The position numbers and the translations under genes are program-made. This document shows positions 13,567-27,673 of a DNA stretch of 64,000 nt, piece by piece. Every line of letters starts with the position of its first letter. The first letter of the stretch is position 1. The DNA comes from Octopus vulgaris (lineage: Eukaryota): contig OX597826.1 of NCBI GenBank assembly GCA_951406725.2, positions 46,314,001 through 46,378,000 on the forward strand, read 5' to 3'. The notes under the pieces were generated by a model. That model had not been told where the DNA came from, did not search any database, and worked only from the letters and a program-made list of their open reading frames with translations.

Positions 13567-14731
13567 CAGGGTGTGATGGGCAAATTGTTGCCATTTTATA
13601 TTTTCAATTTCGTGCATGTGCATTGCTTGTTTTGGATTTTGTCAACTACACAGTATAGTAAGGTCAGTTGGGCACCATCTGTGAGAAAAACAGCACCATG
13701 ACACAATTCTCTCAGCCAGAAATTTGGAAACGACATGCTGTATTGCTTGGCATTCATGCCAGAAGCTCCAGTGCAAACATTACAGACCGCTTGGGTGTCA
13801 ATCTAAGAACAATGCAGAGGATTCAGCATCAGATGGATGTGTCTGATGGTGATTACGATGGTATGACAGCTTGGAAAACTCACTCTGATTGTTCTGATGA
13901 GAAAAGAACTCTTGAATTTGTGGGTGGGATCTAGGACATGATTGACAACAACCCCTCCAAGTCAATCAGCTCTATCACCAAGGACATGAGAGTGTCTGAG
14001 TTTCTTATCAGGCAGGTACCACATGAAGACATTCCGTATTCGTCATACAAGATGGGAAAGAGCCAACTTTTATTCCAAGCCATCAAGGACAAGAGGAAAG
14101 ATCACACTACAAAGCTTTTGAAGAAACTGAAGCATCCTCTCCAACCGAACATGCTTTGGTTTTTTCTCAGACAAGAAAAATTTCTGCCAGGATCAGATGG
14201 TGAACACCCAGAACAACTGCTGGCTTGCTGTGTCCCCAAAACATGTACTGAGAGAGATAAAAGTCAAACATGCAGTTAACATCATACAGTTTGGAGTGAT
14301 CACTAGTGATGGTGATGTTATGCTGCTTTCATCTTCCCACGCTGCCTCAAACTCATCAAGTGTCTGGAGGAGGTAGTGTTGCCCTGGGTTAAGAGGGTGG
14401 CTGCTGAAAGACCCTATGTCTGGCAACTGGACTCTGCACCATGCCATACAAGCAGGAAACCCAGTCATGGCTGTCAGACAATTTCTGCAACCACATTACC
14501 CCTAACATCTGGCCATGTAACTTCCCAGACTGCAACCCCCTTGATTATTATGTGTGGGGCACAGTTGAGCTAGAGGCCAACAAAACTCCTTGTAACACCA
14601 GAGATGAATTGAAGGCAAGGATTATGACAGCATTCACCAACTTAAACAAGGAGACTGTCCAGAATAGTTGCAGGAGATTTCGAAGTCATCTGGAGGCCGT
14701 AGCTGAAGCCAATGGCGGTTTTATTGAATAA
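13567..14731 (+). mobile_element. Decayed Tc1/mariner DD37D (maT) transposon, right end missing
   Basis: TA + CAGGGTG left TIR. Frameshifted transposase with QxDSAPCH...WPCNFPDCNPLDYYVWG; spacing is 37 aa after repairing one frameshift. Confidence 0.85.
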
Positions 14732-16202
14732 ACTCTGTGTTGAGTCTGAGACCATGTGGGAAGACGAATGGAGACATAACATCGCCATCACTAGTGACCA
14801 CTCCAAACACTATGATGTTGACTGGATGTTTGATTTTTATCACTCTCAGTACATGTCCTCAGATTGACACCCAGGGTAACATGCATCAGTCATTTATGGC
14901 CATACTGGAGTACCACCTTGAAGGGTTTTGGTCGAACAAATCAACTCCAGGACTTATTTTTTAAACCAAGAATTTATTTTATCAGTCTCTTTTGCCAAAC
15001 TGCTAAGTTATGGGCATGTAAACACATCAACACCAGTCGCCAGGCAGTGATGGGATGACAAAGACAGACAGAAAGACACACACACACAGGTACATACATA
15101 CATCCATGCATGTATGCATGCATGTATGTATCTGTGTGTGCATCTTTCTGCTTGTCTTTGTCACTTCATCACCGCCTGACAACTGGCATTGGTATGTTTA
15201 CACCCCTGTAACTTAGCAGTTTGGCAAAAGTGAATGACAGAATAAGTACAATGCTTAAGAAATAAGTCCTGGAGTCTATTTGTTTGACTAAAAACCCTCC
15301 AAGGCGGTGCTCCAGAATGGCCGCAAATGACAAACAAATAAAAGAATTAAAAAATATACATACACACACACATAGACACATGTATGTCTCTATATATATA
15401 TATGTCATGTGTTTGTTGAAGTTAGAGAGGAAGGAATAGATGTATTTGTCAGTTTGTTTCACAGATACAGACAAAATGTAAGCTTGTATCAGACTGCGTG
15501 CTTGTATAAGTATGTGTGTGCACATGCACATATCTGTGTGTGTGTGTGTGTGTGTGTGTGTGAGTGTGTGTGTGTAAATGTATGCTTCACTGTGTGTATT
15601 ATGTAAATGAGGAAAAATGCAGCAAAGTTAACAGGAAGAGGTAGGGAGAGGACGTTAGGAGGAGGAGCTATAAATTATGGTGAAGTTAATAATTAACGAA
15701 AACAACTTTCATCATGAAGATGGTTTATGTGCAAGCCGCAGAGTGTATGTGAGTCAGTGTGCATGCATTTAGCATGTGTGTATAATTCACAAAAAGACGT
15801 GTAGAAAACAAACACAGAATCATACACTAAACACACAGACGAATCAACAAAAACATAAAATGACGACAATGACAAATGAACACTGATATATATGTACATA
15901 TATATATGTATATGTATGTATGTATGTATGTATATCAATGTACATATATTTATATATTCATACACATACGTACGAACTTAATTAAACAATATGTATATAT
16001 GCATGTGTGTGTGTGTATAACATACATTAACAGGTTTAATATCTGTCTATATATATAGACAAATATAAGTGTGTATATATATATATGCACATACAGATGA
16101 TCCTGTGTATAATGTAGATTTTAAAAAGTGCCTTTATGTTTGTATGTGTTATATGTTTGTGTGTATATAAATGTGTATGTATGTGTACACACACACACAC
16201 AC

Positions 16203-16246
<44 letters not shown>

Positions 16247-16889
16247 TTGGTAACACAAAGTTTTAAGCAGCTGGCTAACGAAGTGGGTGGGGCAAATAAA
16301 TAAGTGAGGTGGGGGTAGGAATGAAAAGCTAGAAGAGTTAATGAAAAATGAAAATGAGTGAGACAGACGGGGGTGGGGGTGGAGATAGAGAAAATGATAG
16401 GTAGGTGGTGACCACAAGAAAAAGAAAACAGAAAGAAAATTAGTGGGAGAGAGAGAGAGAGAAAGAGAGACAGACAGAGTGTTATAAATGGTAGATATGA
16501 AAGATAGAGCTAGAGATAGATAGATAGATAGATAGAGAATGTGTGATAGAGATAAAGGCTAGAAACTAGATAAAGAGAAACAGAGAGGAAGAAAGATGCA
16601 GAAAGAGATTCTGGAGGTGGTAGGTGGTGGTGGTGGTGGTGGTGGTAGGTGGTGGTGGTGGTAGGTGGTGGTGGTGAGGGTGGTGAAGGATAGAAACATG
16701 AAAGAAGAGTTAGCTGTAAAGTTATGTGTGAGAAGAATAATGGGGGGAAATTGATAAAAGATATAATAAAGACGAGGTGGCTTTAGGTGAGATGAATTGG
16801 TAAATAGGGGGTGGGGGGATGAGGGTGGGTGGGGAGAAGAGATGAGTAGGGCATACAAGAGCACCCGGGTGCATGGGGTACGTGGCTTT

Positions 16890-17530
16890 GCAGAAAAGTT
16901 GGTAGACAAGGAATGTGGGTTGGTAGACAGGAGTGGTGGGTTCATAGATGAAGTGAGTTGATAGAGAAGGGAGGTGGGTTGTTAGGAGGGACAATGGTAG
17001 ACAAGAGAGGTGAGTTGATAGAGAAGGGGGTAGGTTAGTAGAATGAGGGGCATTGGTAGACAAGGGAGGTAGGTTGATAGACAAAAGAGGTGGGTAGGAG
17101 GGGCATTGATAGACAAGGGAGGTGGGTTGGTAGACAAGGGAGGCAAGCTGGTAGACCAGGGAGATGGGCTGGTAGACAAGGGAGGTGGGCTGGTAGACAA
17201 GGGAGGTGGGCTGATAGACAAGTGAGGTGGCTTGATAGTCAAGGGAAGTGGGCTGGTAGACACAGGAAGTGGCTTGGTAGACAAAGGACGTGGGTTGGTA
17301 GACACAGGAGGTAGGCTGGTAGAGAATGAGGGTGGATGGATAGATGAGGAGGAATGGTAGACAAGATGTGACTTAGTGGACAAGATAGAAAGATTGACTG
17401 ACAAAGTAGGTGGGTTGGTAGACAGGGTAGGTGGGATGGTAGACAGGATAGGTGGGTTGGTAGACAGGGTAGGTAGGTTGGTAGACAGGGTAGGTGGGTT
17501 GGTAGACAAGGTAGACAGGTTGGTAGACCC
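16890..17530. repeat. G-rich 21-bp minisatellite (gtagacaagggaggtgggttg)
   Basis: More than 20 degenerate tandem units, which produce the STNPPTL repeat ORF on the minus strand. Confidence 0.9.
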
Positions 17531-18798
17531 AGTTGTATAGGTTAATAGAGGAGGCAGGTGGGTTGCTAGACTAGGTAGGTGAGTAATTATGCATATAAAG
17601 ATGTTGGGTAGGTAGGTAGGGTTGGTGGGTTATACAGTTAGATATGAAAGATGGGTAACTAGCTAAATGGGTTGGGAGCAGGAAGTGCTTATAGGTAGCC
17701 ATAGGTAGGCAGGTAGCTTGGGATACTATGTAGATGGGTACAAAGGTAGGGTAGATAGGGTAAATAGTTGGGCACATGGAAACACAGGCAGGTAGATGGG
17801 TAGGCATTTAGGATACATTGGTGGATAGAAAGGGGAGTTAGGTGAGTAGGTAGGTATGTGATTGAATAGGCAGGTGGGTGCATGTTAGTTGGTATGCTAA
17901 GATAGGTAAGTATGTAGATGGATGAATGGGTAGGAAAGTGGGTAGGTTAGTAGGTGGGCTAAGGTGAGTATGAAGGTAGGTAGATGAGTGGGTGGGTAGA
18001 TGGGCAGGTTATAAGTAAAATCCAAGAGAAAAAAATTCTGGAAGAACCGTGTAAAGGATGTACAATTGCGTGTGTATGCCTGTAAAGGTGAAAAAGAGGC
18101 GAAGAAAAAGTGTGGGTGGGTACAAAGGAGATACGGAGAGGGGAAGAGAGTATGAGGGAGAGAGGAATGTGATAGTAAAAGTCAAGTTGAGGAGAGTATA
18201 CATGTGTGAGACAGAGAGAGAGTGTGTGTGAGTGAGTGTGTGTGTGTGTTAGGGTGCAGAAGGAAGAAAAAAGAAGAGTAGAGTATGATAGTGAAGGAGA
18301 GGAGATATAAAGGAGAGAAAGAGAGAGAGTGTGTGTGTATGTTGAGTGTGGGGGAGAGAGAAAGAGAGAAGGTGGTAGAAGGGAAACAGTGAGAAGGGGA
18401 GGAGTGGGAGGGAAAAAGAGAAAGACAAGTGTGACAAAGGGATGATGATTATTTTACATAGAGTGGAAGGAAGAGAAGAGTGAGAGGCATTTCCACAAGG
18501 AAAACAACAAAATAGGTGTGAAATAATTTTTCAGATCAGAGAAAAGGTGAAAAGAGGAGGAGGTGATGTGTTTGATAGCAATAGGAGGAGGTTAGAGATA
18601 AGCAGATAGGTAGGTAGATAGAAAGATGTATATATATATAGAGAGAGAGGGGGAGAGACAGACAGATAGACAAAGAGAGAGAGAGAGATAGTGAGATACA
18701 TAGAGACAGACAGATAGATAGATAGATAGATAGATAGTTGTGCATACAAACACATACATACACACAGAGGTCTGTATGTGTGTCCCTATAAATAAATG

Positions 18799-18831
<33 letters not shown>

Positions 18832-18878
18832 GTACGTGTATGTGTATGGATGGATATGTTTATAGATATATTGTATCT

Positions 18879-18910
<32 letters not shown>

Positions 18911-18926
18911 GTGTGTGCGTATATGT

Positions 18927-18961
<35 letters not shown>

Positions 18962-19346
18962 TTGTGTGTGTGTTTATATGTGTGCATATATATATATATA
19001 TGTATATATGAACATATGCATATATATATGTGTGTGTATTCTGTAGGTAAAGAGGAAAGGATAGGAAATGCATCTGAGTGAGTGCTGTGCAAGACTAAAG
19101 GAACAGAAAACAAAGAATACACACACACAGATATAGACACATAATATATACATACATACTAAGAGACTGGAAAAAAAATGAACGAAATGAGTGTTTGGAT
19201 GCATGTATGTGTAAATATTGAAATGCGTGTATACATGCATGTGTGTGAAGAAGTAAACAATGAGGTGGTGGGTGGGGTGAGAGGAGATATTTAGAAACAT
19301 CACTAAGCTAAAGGAGAAGTTATGAAATATGTGTGTGTGTGTATAC

Positions 19347-19402
<56 letters not shown>

Positions 19403-20101
19403 TACATATACACACATTCTTTTATTCTGTTATTTCTTTCAGTCATGAGACTGTGGGTATGCTGGGGCACCGCCTTGATATACACAAAAACACACATACA
19501 CACACACACACATATATATATGTATGTATACAGATATATGTATTTATATATATATGTGTATATATATATTCACACATGCAGGCGAGTAGACACACACATA
19601 ATCCAAAATTATGAAAATTGACTAAAGGCAAAGGAGGGGGTCAGAAGATGAATGAAAGGCAAAGAATGAAAAGAAGACACACAAAAAAAACAACTTCTCA
19701 CCCCCCAAAAAACCCCCCTAAAAAACATACTCAAAGTGGGAGGTTATAAGAAAAGGAGAATAGAATATATAATGGGTGGGTGGGATTGAAGATATGTTGA
19801 GAAGGAAAAAGTGATGGGAGGAGGGGACATCCGATGAAAAGTGAAAGGTAAGGTAAGATGAATGAAAAGGGACAAGAAAAAAAAAGGTGGGGGTGAAGCT
19901 CAGAGAGGTTTTCCAGAGAATGAAATTAACCTATTAAAGACCTTGAAAGTATCTGAAGTCTGCAAGAGAATGGGTTTTGTCTTTGATTTCTGTGTTAGGG
20001 GGGTTAGTTTTAAATCTGTATTTGCAGGTTCAATTTCTTCTCATTATTGATCGTGCAAACATATATGGATGTATGGATGTATATATGTATAAGACACATC
20101 T

Positions 20102-20433
20102 GTGAAGGCACAGGGCTCAATGGTTTGAGTGTCGGATTCAATCATGAGGTAATGAGTTCGATTCACAGACCAGGCTGTGTGTTGTGTTCTTGAGCAAGGT
20201 ATTTCATTTCACGTTGCTCCAGTTCATTCAGCTGTGGAAATAAGTTGCTACGTTGCAGGTGCCAACATATATTGGCCTTTGCCTTCCCTTTGGACCACAT
20301 CGGTGGCACGGAGAGGAGAGGCTAGTATGCATGGCCGACTGCTGGTCTTCCATAAACAACTTTACCTGGACTTCTGCCTTGGAGGGGAACTTTCTTGGTG
20401 CAATCTTATGATCATTCATGACTGAAGGGGGTC
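20102..20433 (+). mobile_element. tRNA-derived SINE family D
   Basis: Head ggctcaatgg...gagttcgattc, core gttgtgttcttgagcaag. Minus-strand copies at about 25490-26035 and 41015-41300. Confidence 0.75.
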
Positions 20434-21747
20434 CATGTATGAGTGTGTGTACATATGTGTGAGTGTAATATATTCATATATATATATATCATGGAGAGCC
20501 TCACCAGGCTCCCCTTCCTAACAGCAACCATTTTACAGAAGGTACAAGGTGCTTTGTCCTCCTGACTGAAGTTCGTTTGTTGGGTGAGATTTGAAAATGC
20601 ATGGTAAATATACCAATATCAATCAAAGTTGCTCAATCAGCTAGAAATAACAGCCAAATCTCCCTTGCAACTTGAAAAAAGTACAACACACAAAGACATA
20701 TTGGACAATGCTACACAAAAGAACTGGATGGTCATGGATAAAACACCTCTGATCACAGATGTGCTCAGTTTGAGTTCACTTAAGGTAAGGACACCACTGT
20801 CAATGTTTCGTATTTCACTGTACACGATAATGACAATGATGATGACAATGACAACAACGATGATAATGATAATGGTTTTTTTACAACATTTTCTGTATAA
20901 GAATCTAGATCAACAGAATGGTCTGCTTGATGGACTAGAAAGTGAAATGGCTGAATATTCCTTAGACACATGTAGCTTTAATGTAATTCTCAGATAGAAA
21001 CAGTATGACACTGAATCTGGACCTTAGAATTACAGGTGCAAAAGAGAAAAAAAGACATTAAAAATTTGAACTAGATTTCAACTCAGAACCAATGAGTTTG
21101 TGATCTAGGTCCTGATACATTTAAGTGCTCTGTTTACTGAAGACGTTTTTCTAAAGGATGCCTATGGACAACAGGAGAGAGGAAGATATTTGATGAGGGA
21201 AGGGTAGGCTGAAATAATGGATAAAGAGGGCAGGATCATAGTGAATGGGGAGTGGCATAAAATTGATATGACAAGAGAGAGACTAAAATATTGTCTCCTG
21301 GCACCAAGGAAGCAGAGGATGAGATAAAGAGATTAGGTGAGAAAGATAAGCAGAAGGCATGGAAGGGGAGTGATGTGGAGATGTATGTATGTATAGTTGT
21401 CATCACAAAAGACAGATAGACCAGCAGACAGACAGACAGATTGATAGGATTAGTAAAAGATATGACTACTGATGGAAGGGAGAAAGTGTATGTGAAAGAA
21501 AAGGACATAGAGAGGAGAGAGAGAGACAGACAGACAGACAAATAGACAGTGATCAGACAGATAGAGAGACTCAAAGATAAGATAGATATTAAGGAATACA
21601 GAAGATATGAATATTAATGGGGAAAAGGGAATGATAGCTAGGGAGGGGTAAATGGTTTTCTATTGAGAGAGAGAGGGAGAGAGAGAGAGAGAAAGAGATA
21701 GATAGATAGATAGATAGATATATAGATAGATAGATAGATAGATAGAC

Positions 21748-21782
<35 letters not shown>

Positions 21783-21825
21783 GACAGACAGTCAGATAGA
21801 TAGATAGATAGAGATATAGAGAGAC

Positions 21826-21880
<55 letters not shown>

Positions 21881-21920
21881 AAGATAGATGATAGAGATAT
21901 AGAGACACAGATAGATAGAT

Positions 21921-21982
<62 letters not shown>

Positions 21983-22357
21983 CACAGATAGATAGATGAT
22001 AGAGAGACAGATAGATAATAGAGGGACAAACAGATAGATAATAGAGTGACAGATAGATAGCCGACAGACAGACAGACAGATATGAAATTGGATAGATGGA
22101 TGGCTGGGTGGATGGATGGATAGACAGACAGATAAGAATATACAATGGCAGATGGGATCAATGACTGGAAAACTAACAAGATAATCAAATGGAGATTAGA
22201 ATTTAACAGTGGTGGAGTAAGGGTGAGAACAGACAGGATGAGGGATGGGGTGGTTTGTGCTGACAGATAAGTAAATACTCAGAGATGTCAAGGTACGGCT
22301 GTATCTGGAGACAGGTTATCATTCATATATATATATATTAACTGACATATATGAGTG

Positions 22358-22391
<34 letters not shown>

Positions 22392-22602
22392 GGCACTCCG
22401 TCGGTTATGATGACGAGGGATCCAGTTGATCAGATCAATGGAACAGCCTGCTTGTGAATTAATGTGCAAGTGGCTGTGTACTCCACAGACACATGTACCC
22501 TTAAATGTAAAACACCACCTCAGTAGTAACTTATTCAGAACAACCCTTGCATAGTTGAAAGAAACAGTCATAACAACAAATGAGCCTATATATATATATA
22601 TA

Positions 22603-22815
22603 TGATGGGGTGCTGAAAAGTTCCTTAGGGTATTGAAAAAAGGCCCACCTGGAGGCCCAACTTTCTGAGTTCTTTTACAAGGCTCAGAAAAAACTGAAGG
22701 ACTGCTTCAATAAGTGTGTGAATCTGGGAGGGGAAAATATTGACTAAAATCATTATCAACTGATCCTCTTGTATTTTCCTTTACCTAAAACCAGAAAATA
22801 AAACAGCACCCCCTT
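22603..22815. mobile_element. Mariner-derived MITE remnant
   Basis: Ends ggggtgctgaaaag ... aaacagcacccc are inverted, in a TA context. Confidence 0.55.
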
Positions 22816-23329
22816 GCAGAGTACAGTGTGGCACCCACATAAGTGGCAGACTGTAAAAAGAGGAGTAAGCCTCTCATGCCAGGGGAAGATGTTGGAGGCG
22901 TCCTAGACTAATGGCTTCAAGGTTATTGTGGCTAAGTGGAACACCTATACCATTAGACAATGGTCAGGCATCAACTAGCAAGCAAGCTGCTACTGCAGAG
23001 CAGCCCCATCATCTATCTTACTTGTTGTACTCTTATACACCACTTGGTAACTGGCATGAAGGCACAGAGAAGCAATTTGGTGGGGAGATGATGTCAACTG
23101 TTTTTCTTCTTCTCCTGAATAGTAATATATGGAGAGAAACATATATATCACCATCATCATTACTTAGTGTCCATTTTCCATGCTGGTATGGGATAGACTA
23201 AGACTAGTAAGCCAGTGAAATGTACCAGGCTCCAGTCTGATTTGGCTTGGTTTCTACAGCTGAATGCCCTTCCTAACGCAAACCAAATCAAGAGCATAGA
23301 GGGCGCCTTTTACATATATACATATATAT

Positions 23330-23630
23330 GTGAGGACACGTGGTCAAGTGGTTAGGGTGTTACACACATGATCCTGAGATCGTGGTTTCAATTCCTAGAC
23401 TGGGTGGTGTGTTTTGTTCTTGAACAAAACACTTCGTCTCATATTGCTCTACAATAATTTCAACATCTGACGCGTGGTTCACTGTGCGCCTGTTTAGGCA
23501 ATGTTGATTTGAAGGAGGGAGTGAGCTAATGTACAACACATACATTTGATCACTATAAACAAAATCATTTGTGCAGATCATGTGGCTAAAGCTGAACACT
23601 CATAGATTGTCTTCAACAGGAGAGTCCATC
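23330..23630 (+). mobile_element. tRNA-derived SINE family E (second copy at 58775-59078)
   Basis: tRNA-like head gtggtcaagtggttag...gtttcaattcc; the two copies align along their length. Confidence 0.75.
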
Positions 23631-23675
<45 letters not shown>

Positions 23676-23964
23676 TCATCATCATCGTTTAACATCCGCT
23701 TTCCATGCTAGCAAGGGTTGGACGATTTGACTGAGGCCTGGCGAACCAGATGGTTGCACCAGACTCCAATCTGATCTGGCAGAGTTTCTACAGCTGGATG
23801 TCCTTCTTAACGCCAGCCACTCCGAGAGGGTAGTGGGTGCAGTTACATGCCACCGGCACAAGGGCCAGTCAGGCGGTACTGGCAACAGCCATGCTCAGAT
23901 GGTGCTTGTTATGTGCCACCTGCACAGGGACCAGTCCAGCGGCACTGGCAATGACCTCACTCAA

Positions 23965-24007
<43 letters not shown>

Positions 24008-24228
24008 AAAGAATTATGGAGAAAAAACCCTACAGAAATGGCTAAGTGTGGGTAACTGTGAGCATGAAAATGTGTGTGTGAATATGTGTATGTAAATGTG
24101 AGAGTGAACCCTTTTCTTGACATCATCATGTGATGGCTGTATATTTGTGATGGTGTTTGTTTCCTGTTTTAGTTGAAAACGTCTGACCTGGGGAAATATC
24201 ACCTTGCTAGGAAACAGGTGAGGTTTGG

Positions 24229-24328
24229 NNNNNNNNNNNNNNNNNNNNNNNNNNNNNNNNNNNNNNNNNNNNNNNNNNNNNNNNNNNNNNNNNNNNNNNN
24301 NNNNNNNNNNNNNNNNNNNNNNNNNNNN
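24229..24328. other. Assembly gap (100 N)
   Basis: Run of N. Confidence 1.
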
Positions 24329-24771
24329 ATTTAATCTGCAAACCATGACCAAAAATATTGGAGGGGGCGACTGTTGGGGATGACAGCCCCAAAATAAAAA
24401 GTTAATAACATTTTTTAAATTAATGATCAAAACAAAAACTAAATAAACACCAAGAACTTTAAAATAAATTGAGAAAATAAACCCAGTTGACATAAAGTTC
24501 AGAAATAGGGAGAAACGGGGAGATAAATGTTTTATAAAATTTTTAAAACTTGGATTGGGTTTTTCCTTTATTTTTTTTTTTGTTTTTCTTTTCCTTTTTT
24601 TCCAGTTTTTAAGTTAATACTTCTCAAGAGAAAACAAACCGAGAAAAAAAAACCCATTTATATGGCTAAATAATACCGGATAGAATAATTCTCAATTCAT
24701 TGAAAGCAGAAAGCTTCACATATTAAGATGACCTACAATTTCTTACACACTGAAGACATTCGTGTGTGTGT

Positions 24772-24803
<32 letters not shown>

Positions 24804-24829
24804 CACATACATACATACATACATACACT

Positions 24830-24873
<44 letters not shown>

Positions 24874-24996
24874 AGTGTGTGTGTGTGTGTGTACTTAATG
24901 AATATATCTATAACCAATCTATTTCTACTACTTTCTCTCTCTCTCACCCTCTGTAGATATAGACAGATAGATAGGTAGATAGATAGATGCATGTGC

Positions 24997-25027
<31 letters not shown>

Positions 25028-25299
25028 GATATATATATAAATATATATAGTAGGTTCATTTGAGTGATCATGGTAAAACAGTTTCCTTGTCTCTAGCATA
25101 AACATAGCTTGCATAGTAAACAGAAGACGCGATAAAATTTATTAATCAGTGCATGAAATCGAGTTTGTTCCATATTGAGATTAGACAGAGCATTCCAATA
25201 AGATGGCAGAGGTGATACAACTCCATTTTGAAAGCAATAAACATTGCTTATAATGTGATGGTTGAATCTGTAAATAAAAGGGGTGAAAGAGGTTGTTGA

Positions 25300-25390
25300 G
25301 TACTACAATTGTTTCAAAAGCACACATGATGTATCTTATGTACCGTTATAAATATCTTGTTGCTGTCTGGTGTGTTTTTTCTTCTGGTAT
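25300..25390 (-). ncRNA. Degenerate hammerhead ribozyme motif
   Basis: tac-CAGAAGA-aaaaacacac...gtgtgctttt-GAAACAATTGTA-gta; core U4 is mutated. Confidence 0.5.
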
Positions 25391-26064
25391 ATATGACTCT
25401 TTACAGTTAAAAAGTTATACATGCATGAGAAGATAGCACATTGGACACCTACGGGAAATTCATGTGTGTGTGTGTGTGTGGGGGAGTGTAAAGACCCCTT
25501 CAGTCATGAATGACAATGGGACTGCACCTAGAAATTTCCCATCTGAGGCAGAGTCCAGGCAAGGTTGTTTATGAAAGACCAATAGTCACCTGTGCATACC
25601 AGCCTCCCGTCTCAAGGCAGCGAGCTGGTAGAATTGTTAGCACACCGAATGAAATGCTTAGCAGTATTTCACCCATCGTCAGGTTCTGAGTTCAAATTCC
25701 ACCGAGGTTGACTTTGCCTTTCATCCTTTCAGAGTCTATAAAATAAGTACCAGTTGAATACTGGGGTCAATGTAATCAATTATCTCCCTTCCCCAAATTT
25801 CAGGCCTTCTGCCTATAGAAGAAAGGACGCCAGCCTCCCCTCTCCAAGTCAATGATGTTATCCAAGGGAAAGCCAAAGGCCAATACAGCTTGGCACTAGT
25901 GACATCACAACTCATTTCTGCAGCTGAGTGAACTGGAGCAATGTGAAATAAAATATCTTGCTCAAGAACACAACACACAGCATGATCCAGAAATCAAACT
26001 CACTACCTCATGATTGTGAGCCCAACACTCTTAGCCACAATAAATTTGTAGACCACAGGTAAAG

Positions 26065-26154
26065 GTACCTGAAGAAAATGTCAAGCTGAATTTACACGTT
26101 ACACCATGAAGGTACATAACACACGTTCAGCTTTTCTTGAAATATATGTAGTAT
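26065..26154 (+). ncRNA. Degenerate hammerhead ribozyme motif
   Basis: gtac-CTGAAGA...aagctgaa...ttcagctt..-GAAA-tatat-GTA-gtat. Confidence 0.5.
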
Positions 26155-26434
26155 AGATTTGCCTTCTCCACTCCCTATAACTATCAATTTATTACAGCCA
26201 AATTAGTCAATTTTACTGCTAATCTACAAATTGTATAGCTGCAACCACCTTGTCAAAATCTCCACCATATTTAATATGGGACAATGTGTACAGCATACAT
26301 TGGTTATTATACTTTGTTGATTGAGTATCATCTGCTATATGTCATCATTGCAAGCCATGCAACTGCGAGCACCAAGTTTATTTTGGACAGCACTACCCTA
26401 TTATTGTATATGTGTGTATATATGTATATATATA

Positions 26435-27673
26435 TTGGGAATTCCCATAAATACTGCAGTTTTTTCAATTGCATGAAAGAAAAGTCAGAGGAGGACGGGA
26501 TAAACTACCTGCATCAATTGGCTATAAAAGCAGGTAGTAATTTTACCTTATTTTTATTCTGAGTGCAAAGGTTGAAGAGCGAAGTTCAATTTTAACAGTT
26601 ACTTTTTTAAAGTTATAATAGAAGTGACAAAGGAACATAGTCGGCATGTTTTGCTTAATGAGTTCAATAAAGGCAACAATGGAATATTAATGCAGTATAT
26701 GAGGATTAATGGGTGTAAACCAGTGTCAACAGTGGTTATAGAAATTCTGAGCGAGAAACTACAGCCTAGAAGACAAGCCTTATCCTGGAAGATCTGTGGT
26801 GTTCAATGAGGACAGCCTGCAAACCCTGGTGGAACAAATCTCATTGTAACTGTTGAGGAACTTGGAGAGAAGCCTGGATTTGGTCATTCAACCATTCATC
26901 GACACTTGTGTGCTATCGTAAGAGTCAGCAAATTAGGTCAATGGGTTCCTCACAAACTTTCTGAGTCTAATCGCAGGCAGAGAGTAAATGTGTGCTCTTC
27001 TCTGTTGTCACGTCTCACAAATGAACCTTTTTTGGACCAAATACTGACTGGTGGTGAGAAATGAGCTTTCTATAGAAATATCAAGTGCTGAAGACTGTGG
27101 ATAGGAAAAGGAGAAACACCGTCAACCCAGGCTAGAGAAGGTCTTAACCCATGTAAGGTTTTGTTACCTTTTTGGTGGGATATGAAAGGTTTAGTCCACT
27201 TTGAACTTTTAAACCCAAACCAAATGATAACAAAGGTGATCTACTGCAAGCAGCTAAAGTCAGTGCTAGAAGAAAAATTACCATCTTTGGTTTCAAGATG
27301 AAAGGTGCTTTTCAATCAGGATAATGTTCGGCCACATACAGTGAAGATGACATTCCAAAGGCTGATGTAGCTTGAATGGGAAACAATACTCCACCACACC
27401 ATATTCACTGGACATTGCCCTGTCTGATTATCATTTATTCTGCAGTCTTCAAAATCATTTGGACCAAAAAAATATGAATTTTGTAGACAAGGTCAGAACA
27501 GTACTGGTGGAGTATTTTTGTCATGGATAAGTGAATTTTGGAAGTGGGGCCTTGCAAGTCTACAAGATAGATGGAGGAGCATCGTAGAAAATGAAGGAGA
27601 GTATATTTTAGATTTAAAATGAACTTTATCTTCATTTTGAATTTTGAAAAAAGCATTATATGGGGTGACCCAA
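26435..27673 (+). mobile_element. Decayed full-length mariner (DD34D) transposon
   Basis: TA + TTGGG left TIR and ...GACCCAA right TIR. Transposase motifs WVPHKL, TGGEK, QDNVRPH and YSLDIALSDYHLF, with stops and frameshifts. Confidence 0.9.

Noticed and set aside
16982-17509. 175-aa Pro/Ser/Thr repeat ORF
   Set aside because: By-product of the 21-bp minisatellite
24329-24720. Unusual sequence after the gap
   Set aside because: Contig edge, possibly low quality; no interpretable feature
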